Below, one piece after another: positions 40,971 to 53,845 of a stretch of 64,000 bases of DNA. The DNA is taken from positions 253,126 to 317,125 of the forward strand of contig JAQGDQ010000069.1 of assembly GCA_030141605.1 (NCBI GenBank), in the 5' to 3' direction. The stretch is from Tubiluchus corallicola. Its lineage: Eukaryota; Animalia; Priapulida. The translations under genes and the position numbers were made by a program. The notes beneath the pieces were generated by a model, which saw nothing but the letters and a program-made list of their open reading frames with translations, made no database searches and was not told the origin of the DNA. Each line of letters opens with the position of its first letter. Position 1 is the first letter of the stretch.

Positions 40971-43900
40971 ATGCCTGGTATGGGATACTTACCTCCTGTG
41001 GAAATAAACGGAAAACCAACAACGCTGGATGCGATGTCAATGGTTAGTAGCAGATTAAAGTTAAATGCAATTGTGCAAATCTGTCTGATCATTATGCACG
41101 AGGAATTTCATCCTGTATCACGCTTTCAAGCCTACAAATCAACAAATGCCATGCAGTTTAGATGCATGGTGTTTTTATTCTTGTTTTTCCACTAATAATT
41201 ACAAGAATTATAATAACAAAAATGACATCAATGAAACTCATTTTAGAAGGTAAATCACTTAATTATATGTGTTGTCATTTAAAGCTTTCATTTTCATCTT
41301 TATATTAAATTACTGTAATGTTTTGTGTTGCAGAAAGATCTGGCAGTTTTTATACCCTACATGATGCGATGTACAGCTGGCTCAAAGGAGGTTGGTTGGG
41401 GCAAGGCAGACTGTCGACCTCCTTGGTGGCCTCGCAATCAACCTTGGACTGATATCACCAAAATGAAGCCGACTGGCCAGGTTAGCTAAACAAATCAGTT
41501 GAACAATTATGTTAATTATGATTTATTTTTTATTGGGTTCAAGGCATTTTACTTCTAATAGAAACGTTTTATGATCCCATTCTGCTGTAGGACAGTTTGG
41601 ACATACAATGCATATTTCCATCCTTTTCTTTTGTGGAAACATTTTGGAATATCTCCAGAGTTTCTGAGTTAAAATTTGGTAAATTCAATTTTTATTAGAA
41701 TGTGTCCAGGTCCTTAATATTTGGTCACTACCTTGTTATTGATTTTAATAAATTTTATTAAATAATTGACACAATACTCATTTGTTTGGTGGGGCTCGCC
41801 TACTGTATAGCATTGGTAGTGGTCTATGTGAATAAATTTTGATGCAGCCAGAGATAAACTAAAGGTGTTAAGTTGGAACCATCATACTGTTGGCTGATAA
41901 TGTTTCACAGTAGCTGATAGTCTGGTAAATGAAAATTGAACTGTGTTTCTGGTGTTTTATCATAGCTGACGTAACACAAGTTGTAATTTTAAATTCTAGG
42001 TTGTTTATGATTTCACCCAGAAAGCGCCAAGTTTCGCTCAGCATCCTTTTTTGCAGCTAGTTACAGATGCAATAAATACTGACAACAGTTATTTGAACTT
42101 GTTTCGTGTTTAAAGCAGTAAATTTATTTTACTATCCTCAAGTGCCAACAAACAATAATTGTTAATTATGTTTCTAGGAAACATGGATGGACATGTTAAA
42201 GAACTTGGTCATCAAATGTTATACTTATTATGGATCTCCTGACATGCTTTCAACAAATGGCAGTTTTGTGGCTACATCTAGTGGTGCATCTACTAATCAA
42301 TGTAGTTTGAGCAGTAGAAATGTGACACAAAAAAACTTAACTGGTAGTATATCAACAGTTGCTAGAAAACAGATGATACAAGATGCTGTTCATTTGGCTA
42401 GTATATCGCACCCGCCAAAGATAGGCTCGACATCACAGAAAGCACGCAAGAGTTTTACAAGAGAATTGTCTGCTAGTGCTAGAAGAAACGTACAAACTGA
42501 TACACCAAGCGTTGAAACACCGCCATTGTCGCGGGAGTCCACACCAGTCAGGCAATTTAATCTTCGAAACAGAAAGCGGTTGCAAGTGAATGTAGCAGCA
42601 GATTATAGTGGAGAACATACGCCAATCATGGGTAGCCCATCAAAATTAGGCACTGGTGGTCATCTGTTGTCCTCACCAGAGCGCAGTATATCACAGTCGC
42701 GTTTCTTGTGCAGTTTTACTCACACTTCTCCTCGAGCAGTTATAGAACATGTTCCAGCCAGTGCATCGAGGGAATGGTGTGACTCATCGAAGGATTATGC
42801 TGTTGTTAAAATGTCTCAACGGACTATTTCAGTTACAAGCCCTGACAAGGTACATTAATATGTATATTGTCAGCCAGCATATGATAATTAAATAATAAAT
42901 ATGCAGTAACTGAACTCTACTAATAAGTTGAAATAGTAAGACATGTTTTTGTTTGATACTTAGCTGTCTGTGTCAGATTATGTTTTGCTTTTGGTGACAT
43001 TTTCTGGATTTTTGTAGGCATCTAGTGTAACGAGAGCAGCACCTGTTCAAGTATCACCGTTTAAATCTTCGAGGGAGTATGATCCTTCATACAGTAAGTA
43101 CAATTTACGGTTATGCAAAACATATTAAAGAACAGCATTAAATACTCGGATGTTTAATTAGTGTATCAAATTTTCTTGCTATGGCATATTGAGCTTCGTG
43201 TATTTAAAAGCAATGCTAATCGTTTCCATTGGCAACTATTAATTCAGCCAGTTGGAGTAGCTCTAATTGTAACATTATTTGATATTGCATATCCTAGCTA
43301 CAGTTTCTTTTCTGTTGGCTGGGGTCAAGGGCCCGTACTTTCTATATGTGGGGTCAAGCTGGGCCAGCCAATCATATGTTGTATTATTACCTAAATAGGC
43401 TATAATAAGTATTGCTGCAATGACAACTGTTGTTTTGATGTTATTTATAAGTATTTTTTATAACTACAATGGAGAAAGTAAGAAACAAATTTCATTCACC
43501 TGATGACTATGTAAAAGACTAATACTTGCGTGAGGAAAATCTTTGTAATCAATGCAATAAAATCATAGCATCTAAATATTTACGTTTTTCCTTTTGATTT
43601 ATTGATTTATGATTAAATTTGTTTATAGATGAAGACCACGTGGATAGTGAAGGGGAGTCTGATATTGTGGAGTTTTTTGTGTGTTCTTCTTGCCAGCGAG
43701 AGTTCGAGGACATGTCGACATTACAGGAGCATTTGTTAACCTGTGAAACAGACGCGGATAAGGCAGCAGCCAATGAACCTGAAGAACCCGAAGTGCCAGA
43801 TAATCAGAATAGCTTCCTGACTTATCTTGGTCTCTCAAAGAAAGACACGACACAGTCTGAAGTGCAGACCAAAAATCCTGATGACACTTTGTCATCCATT

Positions 43901-45166
43901 GTAAGTGATGAAGTAGATGTAGTGTTAAAATCAATGAATCTCCATAAATCTGCTTCTGACATTAGTTTATCTCGGCTTGACGTGAGTGAGGTTTTGCTAG
44001 TCGATATCTCCAAAAATGCACTTGGAAAGTACAAAAATCGGAACATCGATTTTAGTGACTATTACCGAAGCAGTGTGTATACAATTGATGTGTGTTCATT
44101 ACTTGGCTATCTTTCTCACAAAATTTTCGTCACAGACAAGCAGCTACACAAATCGCCACAATACGAAGACTTTTGCAGGGCTCTAACTAATCCATACCAG
44201 AAGCTACGTGAGAGAGATCACTTGAACAAGACCTCTATTACGTATCGGAAACCGCGTGGCTTACTGACTAACTATGTCCACACGATGAAGTTTACTCGGA
44301 AGCAGAAAGCAGAATGGCATCATACGATATCTACGGGTTTAAATAAACATGCCCGTGGTTTATTGGCTGGGTTGGGTGATCGTAGGTTATGTGTCTCACT
44401 CAAGCGTTTAACAAAAGCAGAGATAAAAAGGTGGACGACACCAAAGCCGAGACCAGCATCTTTGTGGAAGCTAGCCAATTGCAAGGTTGTGCTGGAGGAT
44501 ATGATTGATTTGTCCTTGTCAGGCTCCGAGGATGGACATTCGCCTAGAGGCGCAGATTTCGACAGTCAACCCGTACCAGTACTTCTTGAGAGAGTTGGAG
44601 AATCTTCTTCACATGCTGAAATAGTGACATCGTCTGGTACACTGCCAACTCTCTTCACGTGTCATATCTGTGGTGTAAAGAAGATTTTGCAACAGAATGC
44701 ACGAGAAAGTATCACATATCATATGTCATACACTCACCAGGGCTCTGATGAAAGTTTCTTTGTAACGCACAGGGAAAATATAGGAAGTGTTCCCATGCTA
44801 GTAATTGAAGCATTTGATCGCGGCACTAACTCTGAGAGTAGTGATAGCCCTCGCAGTTCGCCTTTAAAGCAGCAGCCACCTCGTGAACCCCAGGTCATGC
44901 CACACATTAGCCAAATGAGTTTTCCTTCCCAGCGCAGTGCTCCGACGATGCCACAACAATGGCGACAGCGCCTTAGTAATTATTCTCCGCGTGTAGGCAT
45001 AGCTCTTCCCATACAGCAACAGCAGCATCCTCCTATGCTACCCGAACGTTTTCGTGCTGAAAAGCAACTAAATATTGTTGCTCCTAAGCCCACTTCATCT
45101 AAACCTCAACACAATGACTCGGATGATGAGATTGAAGTAATAACTGAAGTAATTAGTATCGATTAA
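40971..45166 (+). CDS. NRF1/EWG/P3A2-type DNA-binding-domain protein with two zinc-finger-like motifs, 5 coding exons, 834 aa
   Basis: Exons 40971-41042, 41334-41480, 42178-42849, 43018-43093 and 43629-45166 (2505 nt, phases consistent). The spliced N-terminus YLPPVEINGKPTTLDAMSMKDLAVFIPYMMRCTAGSKEVGWGKADCRPPWWPRNQPW...WMDMLKNLVIKCYTYYGSPDML aligns by eye to NRF1 ELPPLTIDGIPVSVDKMTQAQLRAFIPEML...GWGKESCKPIWWPEDIPW...WTQALRTIVKNCYKQHGREDLL. Confidence 0.82.
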
Positions 45167-46269
45167 GTTATTATGCCAACTGTCAACATATTTTAATATT
45201 GTTATTTTTTTGTATTTATTGTTTTCATAAGTGTTTGTAAGGTCATTTAGGTGGGTATGTTGCATTTTACGTAGCACTGACATTTTTATCGTTTTACATA
45301 ATGATGATCTGGTAATTTGTTCATGCCATCTCCAAGTCGGCACTTGATATATTTTATTTTTATGCACTAAAGTGTGAGTGCAATGATTTTTCTATGGCTC
45401 TTGGCTTTTTTCCCAAAGGCTTATTATAATAGATTTTGTAAATATGTGTATAATTTATTCGCTGTCTTGTTATTTAATATTTGCTACTAGCTTACCAAGT
45501 CACTGTTGCTATGTGCAATTTTTGCTGCTAAAGTTCTTGATTCATGAATGAATCCTGCCTAGTTTGTTCAGCTGAGCCAATTTTTTTTGTAACCTGCTAA
45601 ATAGTGTTTCTCCAAGTTTCCTTTATTATAAGCATTCTTACATGTACCTGTTCCATGCATCACACAAAAACGCATGTCAAAAGCAAAAGCATATCGAATA
45701 ACAAAATTAAACCATTGTTATCACTTTGTTTGCCACACTTTCTTCACCTTGCCATTCTCTTGGCTCATTGACACACCCCAAACGGCTGAGTAGTAGTAGA
45801 ATAATTTCAGCTTCTTGAAATTCTTAGCTAGTAGTGTCTTTTTGGGTCCCTCCAACCTGCTTCTGTGCTGGTGACAGTGCCGAGGTCTACAGTATAAATC
45901 ATCAGTGTTTTTTCTAATTTTGAGTAAAAACACATTACTGTATCATGTAAAACTGTATTGGTGTGACTGTCACATTAGAACAATTTTCTCCAAGCAACTG
46001 ACTTCGTGCCAATGGAATATCTCGTACACTGATTTTAACGCAGATAGTACAGTTTTACATGCAGATGATGCCTTCTTCTGATAAGTCATTCTTGATGCTT
46101 GTATTTGCAGGCTTCATAAACAATGCCTCATGTTAAACTGTTCTTCCAGTCAACTTTTTCTGTTACATAGGACTGTCTCCTCGAAATATATGTAAACATC
46201 TATAACAGCCATGGTACAGCTATAATTCAAATAAGTGTAGACAGTTTATTGTTTGAATCAGTGTTTATA

Positions 46270-47509
46270 TTAATGCGGTTTTAGATGAAACCAACAGTGA
46301 TCGACAGAGTAAGAGGAACTAATTTGGCCAAAGAGAAAAATCCCTTTCGATTCAATTGCAGCAATAAGTAATCAGCCAAAGTGCCAAAACATTTAAAAGA
46401 CAGGAAAACTACCCGGCATGGTGATTTGCAATTGATAATGAGGAAAAAGTGCCAAAATTCTTTGAAGCAGTCCACCGTTTATCATTGAACCTGGCCTGAA
46501 AATCTTTTTCATACGACTGAATTATTTTATACTAGAGCTTTAGCAGTATCTTGCTTTCAGTGTTATTTCCTTAAGAGTATCACTGGCATTTGCTGTGTGT
46601 TACTGTAGTAGCTTTTTATGGTGCTTAAAGAGGCATATTGACACTGTTAACCAAATATCAGTACCTGTCTTATCACACTGATTATATATTTAGTGATGCT
46701 TTTTCGTATCTTTCATGTTTGTTAATTACCTTGCCTGAATGTTTAAGCAGTTTTTTCAATCAAGTTATATGGCTGAAATGCCACTAACCAGAATGACAGA
46801 ATCAAGCCATTAACTGTCACTGACCAGCCAATCAACTACTATGATGCTATTACCATACATTTTGTAATAGTCCGAAGGTGGTTATTATTACACTATAGCT
46901 TATAATTGTATTACTTGTGTGTATACAACTTTGTACATGTACTGGGTGCAGTAATTGCTTTACTGACGTTTTCAACTTCTCGACTACATGTTCAACTTCT
47001 TCACGCGATACGTAACTTATTACACATGGCTTTCTGTAACTACATGTAAGAGGTGATTCACAGTTTGGTGTGTTGTAACGTACGTGCTGCTTAGTTGATT
47101 GGCTAAACGCACAAAGAATTAAAACAAGAAAGATATTATGTATAAAACTTTAACTAAAACTTGCTTACATGCATTTTTAAGCACTAATGCCATCGTTATA
47201 TAAATATACATGCATAAAGTATTTTGCAGTATGCTTTGTATGTGCCTGCCTTGTTATGCCTGAAATTAATGTAGCTACTTATTTTTTGACAGAATTACGC
47301 ATCATGTTGTTACACACTGTAAAAATTTACTAATAATTTGAGAAACAATTTACTATGTCTACGATGGTGGTATATTCAATTCGTTTTCGTGTCACGTTTA
47401 TATAGAGCAAGTTATTACAGACTTAATTAGCAAAATATACTACTTTTAAAATGTTATGTAGTTTTCCATTTTTACATTAATTACCATGAGTTCATCTTAA
47501 CGGTCCTTA
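46270..47509. mobile_element. Old TTAA-flanked non-autonomous DNA transposon (Kolobok-like)
   Basis: TTAATGCGGTTTTAGATGAA at the left vs TTCATCTTAACGGTCCTTAA at the right. Internal IR AGCCAATCAACTA (~46826) / TAGTTGATTGGCT (~47092). Confidence 0.35.
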
Positions 47510-48165
47510 ACAAGTTACTCTTTTGCTGGCACTGCAGTATTTTTAAATGTGCACATCGCATTAACTAATTTGTATAAAGTGTATATAGCTGCAAATTATT
47601 GGCAATATTTATGTGAACTTGAAGATTCTTGTGTATTGTATAGAATTGCAGGAACTTTAAAAATTGTTAAATTGTGCAAGAAAAAGTGAAGTTAAACTGG
47701 ATAACAAAAACTGCTGAATGTGTAATGTGTTTTAAAAGCGAGATGTCCCTATTGTATACATTATGAAGGACTGTAATGTTTGTAGTAATTACCATGGTGA
47801 TGAAACTGAAGAAAAAAATTACAGTGGCACATTGAAGTCTTATTCAAATTCAGAACATTAGTGATACATTTCATTTTCTTTACTAACTTCCTTTTGTGTC
47901 CAGACACTGAGTTTATATCTTGGACGTCCCTGGTTCATATCAAAATTTATTCTTTTTACACTTAGTTTGTTGATTATCTTCCCAACATTTATCTCTTAGG
48001 CAAATTTTAAAATTAAATGAAGTGTTTTGCTGTCATAATGAAAGCTGTGTTAAAAAATCTCGATGTATAAAGTAAAGTCTGTTATTATTTTGTGAATATG
48101 AATAAAATTATTTAATACTGTATTATAAAACTTCATTATAAAGTATAGAGCAACACAAAAGTGGT

Positions 48166-49089
48166 GAGCGCCGAGTAACCCACTAGGCGAAGTAGGACAA
48201 TTGGCGTACATGGGCTAGCCCAAGTAGGACGTGTCGCACATGGGCTGCCCAAGTAGGACACTAGGGACAGTTCGCGAATTGAGTCGTTAATCGTACTGAC
48301 ACCGTCCGTTGTCTTTGTTTATATAAGAATAATAATTAAAAACGTCAATACACGTTGAATAATTAAAATAACAGAATTTCATTCTGAGCTGGTAGAACCG
48401 ACAAAATTAAATTTGGCTTCGATATTAACGTTTTTGAAGTGAAATAAACCCACCCACTTTTTAGGCGATTTTAACATTTGTTTAAAGTATATCATTTTTA
48501 TTTTGTCTCATTTCACAGTCAAGTGATCCACTTCACTATCTCTTGGATAAATAATTGTTTTCTCTTAAGTAAATGGTTCTAGCGATCAATATGCCCTGCA
48601 TGGGCTAGCGAGCCATGTACGACAATGCCCTACATGTTACAATACTATTGATATTATTAAAACTAATTGCCTTTGCTTTTTCTTAAAATAATGTTAAAAA
48701 TTCCTTTTTTGTGTTGTGAAGATTTAGCAGCATCCGTCTCATTTTAAAACTTGCAATTATTTCTGTAATAACTGTGTGCATAGTTTCTCTCGTTAAAGCA
48801 TTCGATACTTATTTAATGTTATGATGATTTTAATGGAGCTAATAATGCTGACGATACTATTGTAAAAATACATTAATTTTGTAAATTGTCAAGGACTATC
48901 TATCATTATTATAAAGTTACTTTTTTTCTAAAACAAATTTAGTTTTATGTTTTATTATGTCATCATAATTCTCGGATTCTCGTCAAAAATCGCCTACTTG
49001 GACTGCCTATGTACGACACTGCTTTTCCTCAAATCAGCACATGCGTTTTACCGGGTGTCCTACTTCGGTTAGTGGTTTACTCGGCGCCT
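48166..49089. mobile_element. Non-autonomous DNA transposon with ~34-bp TIRs and subterminal repeats
   Basis: GAGCGCCGAGTAACCCACTAGGCGAAGTAGGACA vs TGTCCTACTTCGGTTAGTGGTTTACTCGGCGCCT. Repeated CATGGGCT(A)GCCCAAGTAGGAC units. Confidence 0.8.
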
Positions 49090-50639
49090 TACAAAAGTTT
49101 TCGAGGTTAACGCTTCATTGGCAAATGGAACGCGATTTACTGGAACTTGGTGGAAATATACGTGTAAAGGAAGTGTAGGTGCTCCCATTGCCTTTGCATG
49201 CAGGTCATTGCAATCAGCAGTAACGAATAAAAGGCCCTTAGTTAACGTGCATGATGAGTTAAAAATTAAATAATGAAAATTACCCGTTACCGTAAGTCTT
49301 CTGGTACATAAAATACATGTTACACCATGCCTTGCAGTATATCAAGAAAGCATGAGGTAACAATAAAGGTTTCAGTTACAAATCAGTGCAAGTATCAATC
49401 AAATATTCTCTCAATTAGCTCCTCTTAGTTAAAATCAAGATCATATCAAACTTTATATTGAAGAAATCATATAAAACGTCAGTAATGAAGAAAAAGAAGT
49501 TGCAGAGATAAGAAGTTGCTATGGCTTCCATTATTTCATCATTTTTATCAGTATATTTTCACTCTCATTACCTTTCAGGGTTTTCTTCCTTTTATCTTGC
49601 ACCACCTGCACTCCTGTTATTGCGTAATAATTATTATTGCCTAGCTGCTTGGCTCATGTCTTACAAGTTTAAAATGTGATATGAGCAGATAATTATTTGT
49701 GCTGGTCATCATAATTGAGTTTTAGTCTATGTGTTTTTGAATAATACATTACCATTTCTGTGCTATATTGCTTCTTGGAGTAAATAAACTTCAAATATAA
49801 ACTATTGGTTTTAATCTTTTGACAAACTGTTGATAAAAATAATAATCTTTATCCCTTTAATGCAGTCTTTGCGTCAACCCTCATACATTATCACAAGCAT
49901 TGAAGACCTTTAAGGAATAAAATTTTATTCTTATACGATAACAATGTCAACTCACCACCCCAACAAACCTTTAAATTAAAACCCCAACTATTAGCTTTAG
50001 CAGAAACTTGTCATTTGCCAAACAAGCACTTGTCTTTTCTGTATTATTATTTTTATATTGAATACAGTGAAATATGTGCGAAATAAAGTATTATATTAGC
50101 CTAGTTTACTAATCAAATTGTTTGCAATATCCAATTTCAATAATTACACACATCTGAGTAGCTTAGGCATTATTTTGGCCTGCCCTGATGACATGTAAAT
50201 GACGCTAAATGCAAAGTGTAGAAAGATGTATACTGTCTTTGTACACTTTGCGAAATGTGTTGGAGTCGTGCACGCGGCGTGCTTTTTCGGATAACGCACA
50301 GACTTCCCATATTGCTTACTCTAAGCAGATTTCTTTTATTTTAGATAATTTTCAGGTATTTTTAACGGAAGTGGTGCTGACAAGCCACTGGCGTAGCCGT
50401 GTCTAGTTTTTCTGCTGGATTACTGCTGCGTCTGAAGGCAGATTTCTTTTATTTTAGAATTCTGTCCGCCCAATGTCTGCAATAGACGTAATGGGCATAC
50501 GATGATGATGATTACAATATTTTTGTCGCTTATATAAAGTGTTCTTTTACAGAATTTAGTCATGGTGGCTTATCTACAGTTGATTTAGTTTTTCGATGGT
50601 TTAATTTATTATATTCTCTTTCTCGACAGCTTCAGTCAT

Positions 50640-53229
50640 TGATGCTATACCACAAGTGACTATCTCTCTATTGCTAATGCATTTAATAAATTCTTCCAGT
50701 CTGTAGGCAGTAATATGGCCAATCATTCTTAAATGCTCCAAATGATAAATCTGTCTTCTTCTATCCTACCTCTGAATTTGAAATATTGTTGTCTCTTAAT
50801 AAACTTAAAGAAAATAAATCACCTGGCCCAGAAAATGTCCCGGTCAAATTTTACAAATTAGGAACTGATTTAATTTTCCCAGTTCTTTCTCGATTGTTTA
50901 ATATGGCAGTTTCTGAAGGAACCTTTCCTAATTGTCTAAAAGTAGCTAAAGTCAAACCACTTTATAAAAATGATTCGCCAAACAACCTATCAAATTATCG
51001 TCCAATTTCTCTACTGTCACCAGTTACAAATAAAATTTTTGAAAATATTATTTGTAATCGCATTAACAATTTTCTCACTTCATGTAATATACTAACAAAA
51101 TTTCAGTTTGGTTTTCGCAAAACTTACTCCACTTCGTTAGCTACTTCCGAATTTGTTGAAAATATGCTTCTAAATTTAGACAAAAAACTTTTCACTTGTG
51201 CAATATTCTTAGATTTATCTAAAGCTTTTGACACAGTCCAGCATGATATTCTACTACATAAATTACATTATTATGGCACCAGAGGCCCTGTCTTGGAACT
51301 CCTTAAATCATATTTAACTAAGCGACAACAGTTCACCACTATTAACAATACATGCTCTGATTTGCTAGATATAAATTGTGGTGTACCTCAAGGATCAACT
51401 CTTGGGCCGCTGCTTTTCCTGATCTATATCAATGATCTACCTCTTGCTACTAATTTTGACACTCGTCTTTTCGCTGATGATACAAGTCTCTTCCTCACAT
51501 CTACTAACCTTTCAACTTTACAACATCGCACTAACAACGAACTAAAAAAGATTGATGACTGGATGAAAGCAAATAAATTAACTGTTAATTACACTAAAAC
51601 TAAGTATATGTTAATCAGTAGGAACCTTTCACAACAAGACTCTTCCACTTTCGAACTCAAAATTGGCGACATAATTTTAACACAAAGTAGTAGTATAAAA
51701 TACCTTGGGTTGCATATTGACAACAATATGAAGTGGTCTACCCATATTTCCTCTATAGCAACAAAACTAAACAAAACAGCTGGTATTTTTGCAAAGCTAA
51801 GACATTTTATTAATTTGCCTGTTAAGTTACCATGCATTAGTCTATCCGTACCTCCAATACTGCATGTTGTCATGGTGGCAAACAAAAAAATACTTATTAC
51901 AACCACTAATAACAGTTCAGAATAAAATAGTTAAATACATGACTTTCGCCAATTACAGAGACCATGCTACACCATCGTACATACACCTTAGTTTATTGAA
52001 AATAGAAGATATTTATAATCTTGAATTATTTAAATTCATGTATAATAACCGGCAGTTGCCTGAATTATATACTAACTACTTTACCTTAATCAAAGATGTT
52101 CACTCTCACTATACTAGGTCTTCCAGTATGGGACACTATTTTCAAACACGATTTAACACAGCGTATGGCTTAAATACCTTACAGCACAGTGGAGTTATTT
52201 TGTGGAATAGTGTACCCAATACAACCATTTCCTCTCCTTCTTTACAAATAGCTACCAAACAATATAAGATATTTTTACTTAGTAAATATTCAGTGGCGTA
52301 GAAAACCAGAGCTTTTTTCTCTTTTTGTGCACTTGTGTCTTTTTGCACTAATGTTTTTCTTTTACTAATGGGTACTATTACGACCTTTGTTACTTTATTA
52401 GTAAAAGGTATAAATCAATTTAAATGAAATTATTCATTCATCGGAGCCTATATCAAAATCTTAATTACATATTATGTTTTCCTTATGTTTCCTTGCTATT
52501 ATTACATCATTTACTTTATTTCAAAATTATTTCAATATTTATATCAAAATCGTAATTACATAATTATGTTTTCCTTACGTTTCCTTGCTATTATTACATC
52601 ATTTATTTTATTACATCAATTTCATTGAGTCATCTACAAAAGCACGCATAACTTTAATAATTTTTTCATTTAAGTAGGGTGAGAGTGTTAATGACCGTAT
52701 GGTCGTACACTCACCTCACACTACTCAAATCATTTTATTTATTGTTTATTTATGTGTACAATATTGTATTTTGATGTGTGAAATAAAATTCATAGTTCAT
52801 AGTTATTATTACAACATTTCAGTTTTGTTTTTTCTTATTTGCTTCTGTTTTCCTTGTTTTGTTTTGTATGATTTATATTTACCTTATTTTTCCTTAGCTT
52901 AACGTTATTATATTCTTTTTATGAACATCTTTGGTTGATCATTCTACTGTTTTTTTATCGGATATTTTTAGTTAATGCTCACATTATCCATTTTCTGTTA
53001 TGTTAAAAATCTTAAGTTACTTTTATTCACAGTATTTTAGAATTCAAATTTAAATTGAAAACGGTGCCAAAATTAATTTTACTTAATTGTTGCTATTTAA
53101 AGGTGGCTGACTAGATAACCTACCTGTTCTTCGCTGCCCTTCTCCTTTGTTACGTAATATTGTATGTATTCCTAATACTGTATTTTGTTAATTCTTGAGG
53201 AGTTAATAAACGAATTGAATTGAATTGAA
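50640..53229 (+). mobile_element. 5'-truncated L2-group (Crack/Daphne-like) LINE with reverse transcriptase
   Basis: ORF 50786-51925 has KSPGPE, NYRPISLL, QFGFR, FLDLSKAFDTV, GVPQGSTLGPLLFLIYINDL, FADDT and YLG. It frameshifts near 51830 into the ORF ending 52301 (QNKIVK, HYTRS, LWNSVP). A long 3' UTR ends AATAAAC(GAATT)3GAA at 53229 and includes a 91-bp tandem duplication at 52449/52540. Confidence 0.9.
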
Positions 53230-53845
53230 AACAGTTCGTCATCAGTTTATCATTAAAAAATATGGCGCTTTTACACTTTCGCACCTCCTACTTTTTTCTG
53301 GACTATTGTTTGTTTTCACGCCTGAAGGCCAGAAAGTAGACCAACAGGCGTAATATACACCATATTCCCATAATATTATAGGTTTTTATGCGTTACAATT
53401 CCAGATTAAAGTCATACATTACTTACCGTCACTAACACGCAAGAAGCTCCACATTGAATAACTGTGTTTACACACTAATGCTCAACCGCTGTCGTGACTA
53501 ATCATTTGTTCAGTGTGGAAACCATAATGTCATTTTACAATAAACCAGCAACAGTTGATGGCAGAGCAAAAAGTGAGTCATTACAAGAAAGGTTCGATAA
53601 AATGATGATTGTTCATTGATTTTGTCCGTATTTGAAAATTGGGGTATTGCCTTCTTGTTTTCGTTTGGAAATGAAAATGGTGCCATTATTATGAAAATGC
53701 TTCACAAAAATGTTCTTTCAACTGTTGTTGGCTTTGCAACTCTAGCATTTTTATTGCATTTTTCAGGTAAAGATGACAAACTGAGGCAAGTTTTGTTTGC
53801 TGTGCATACAGGATTTTGATCAGTGCATTGTTATAAAGCTGGAAG

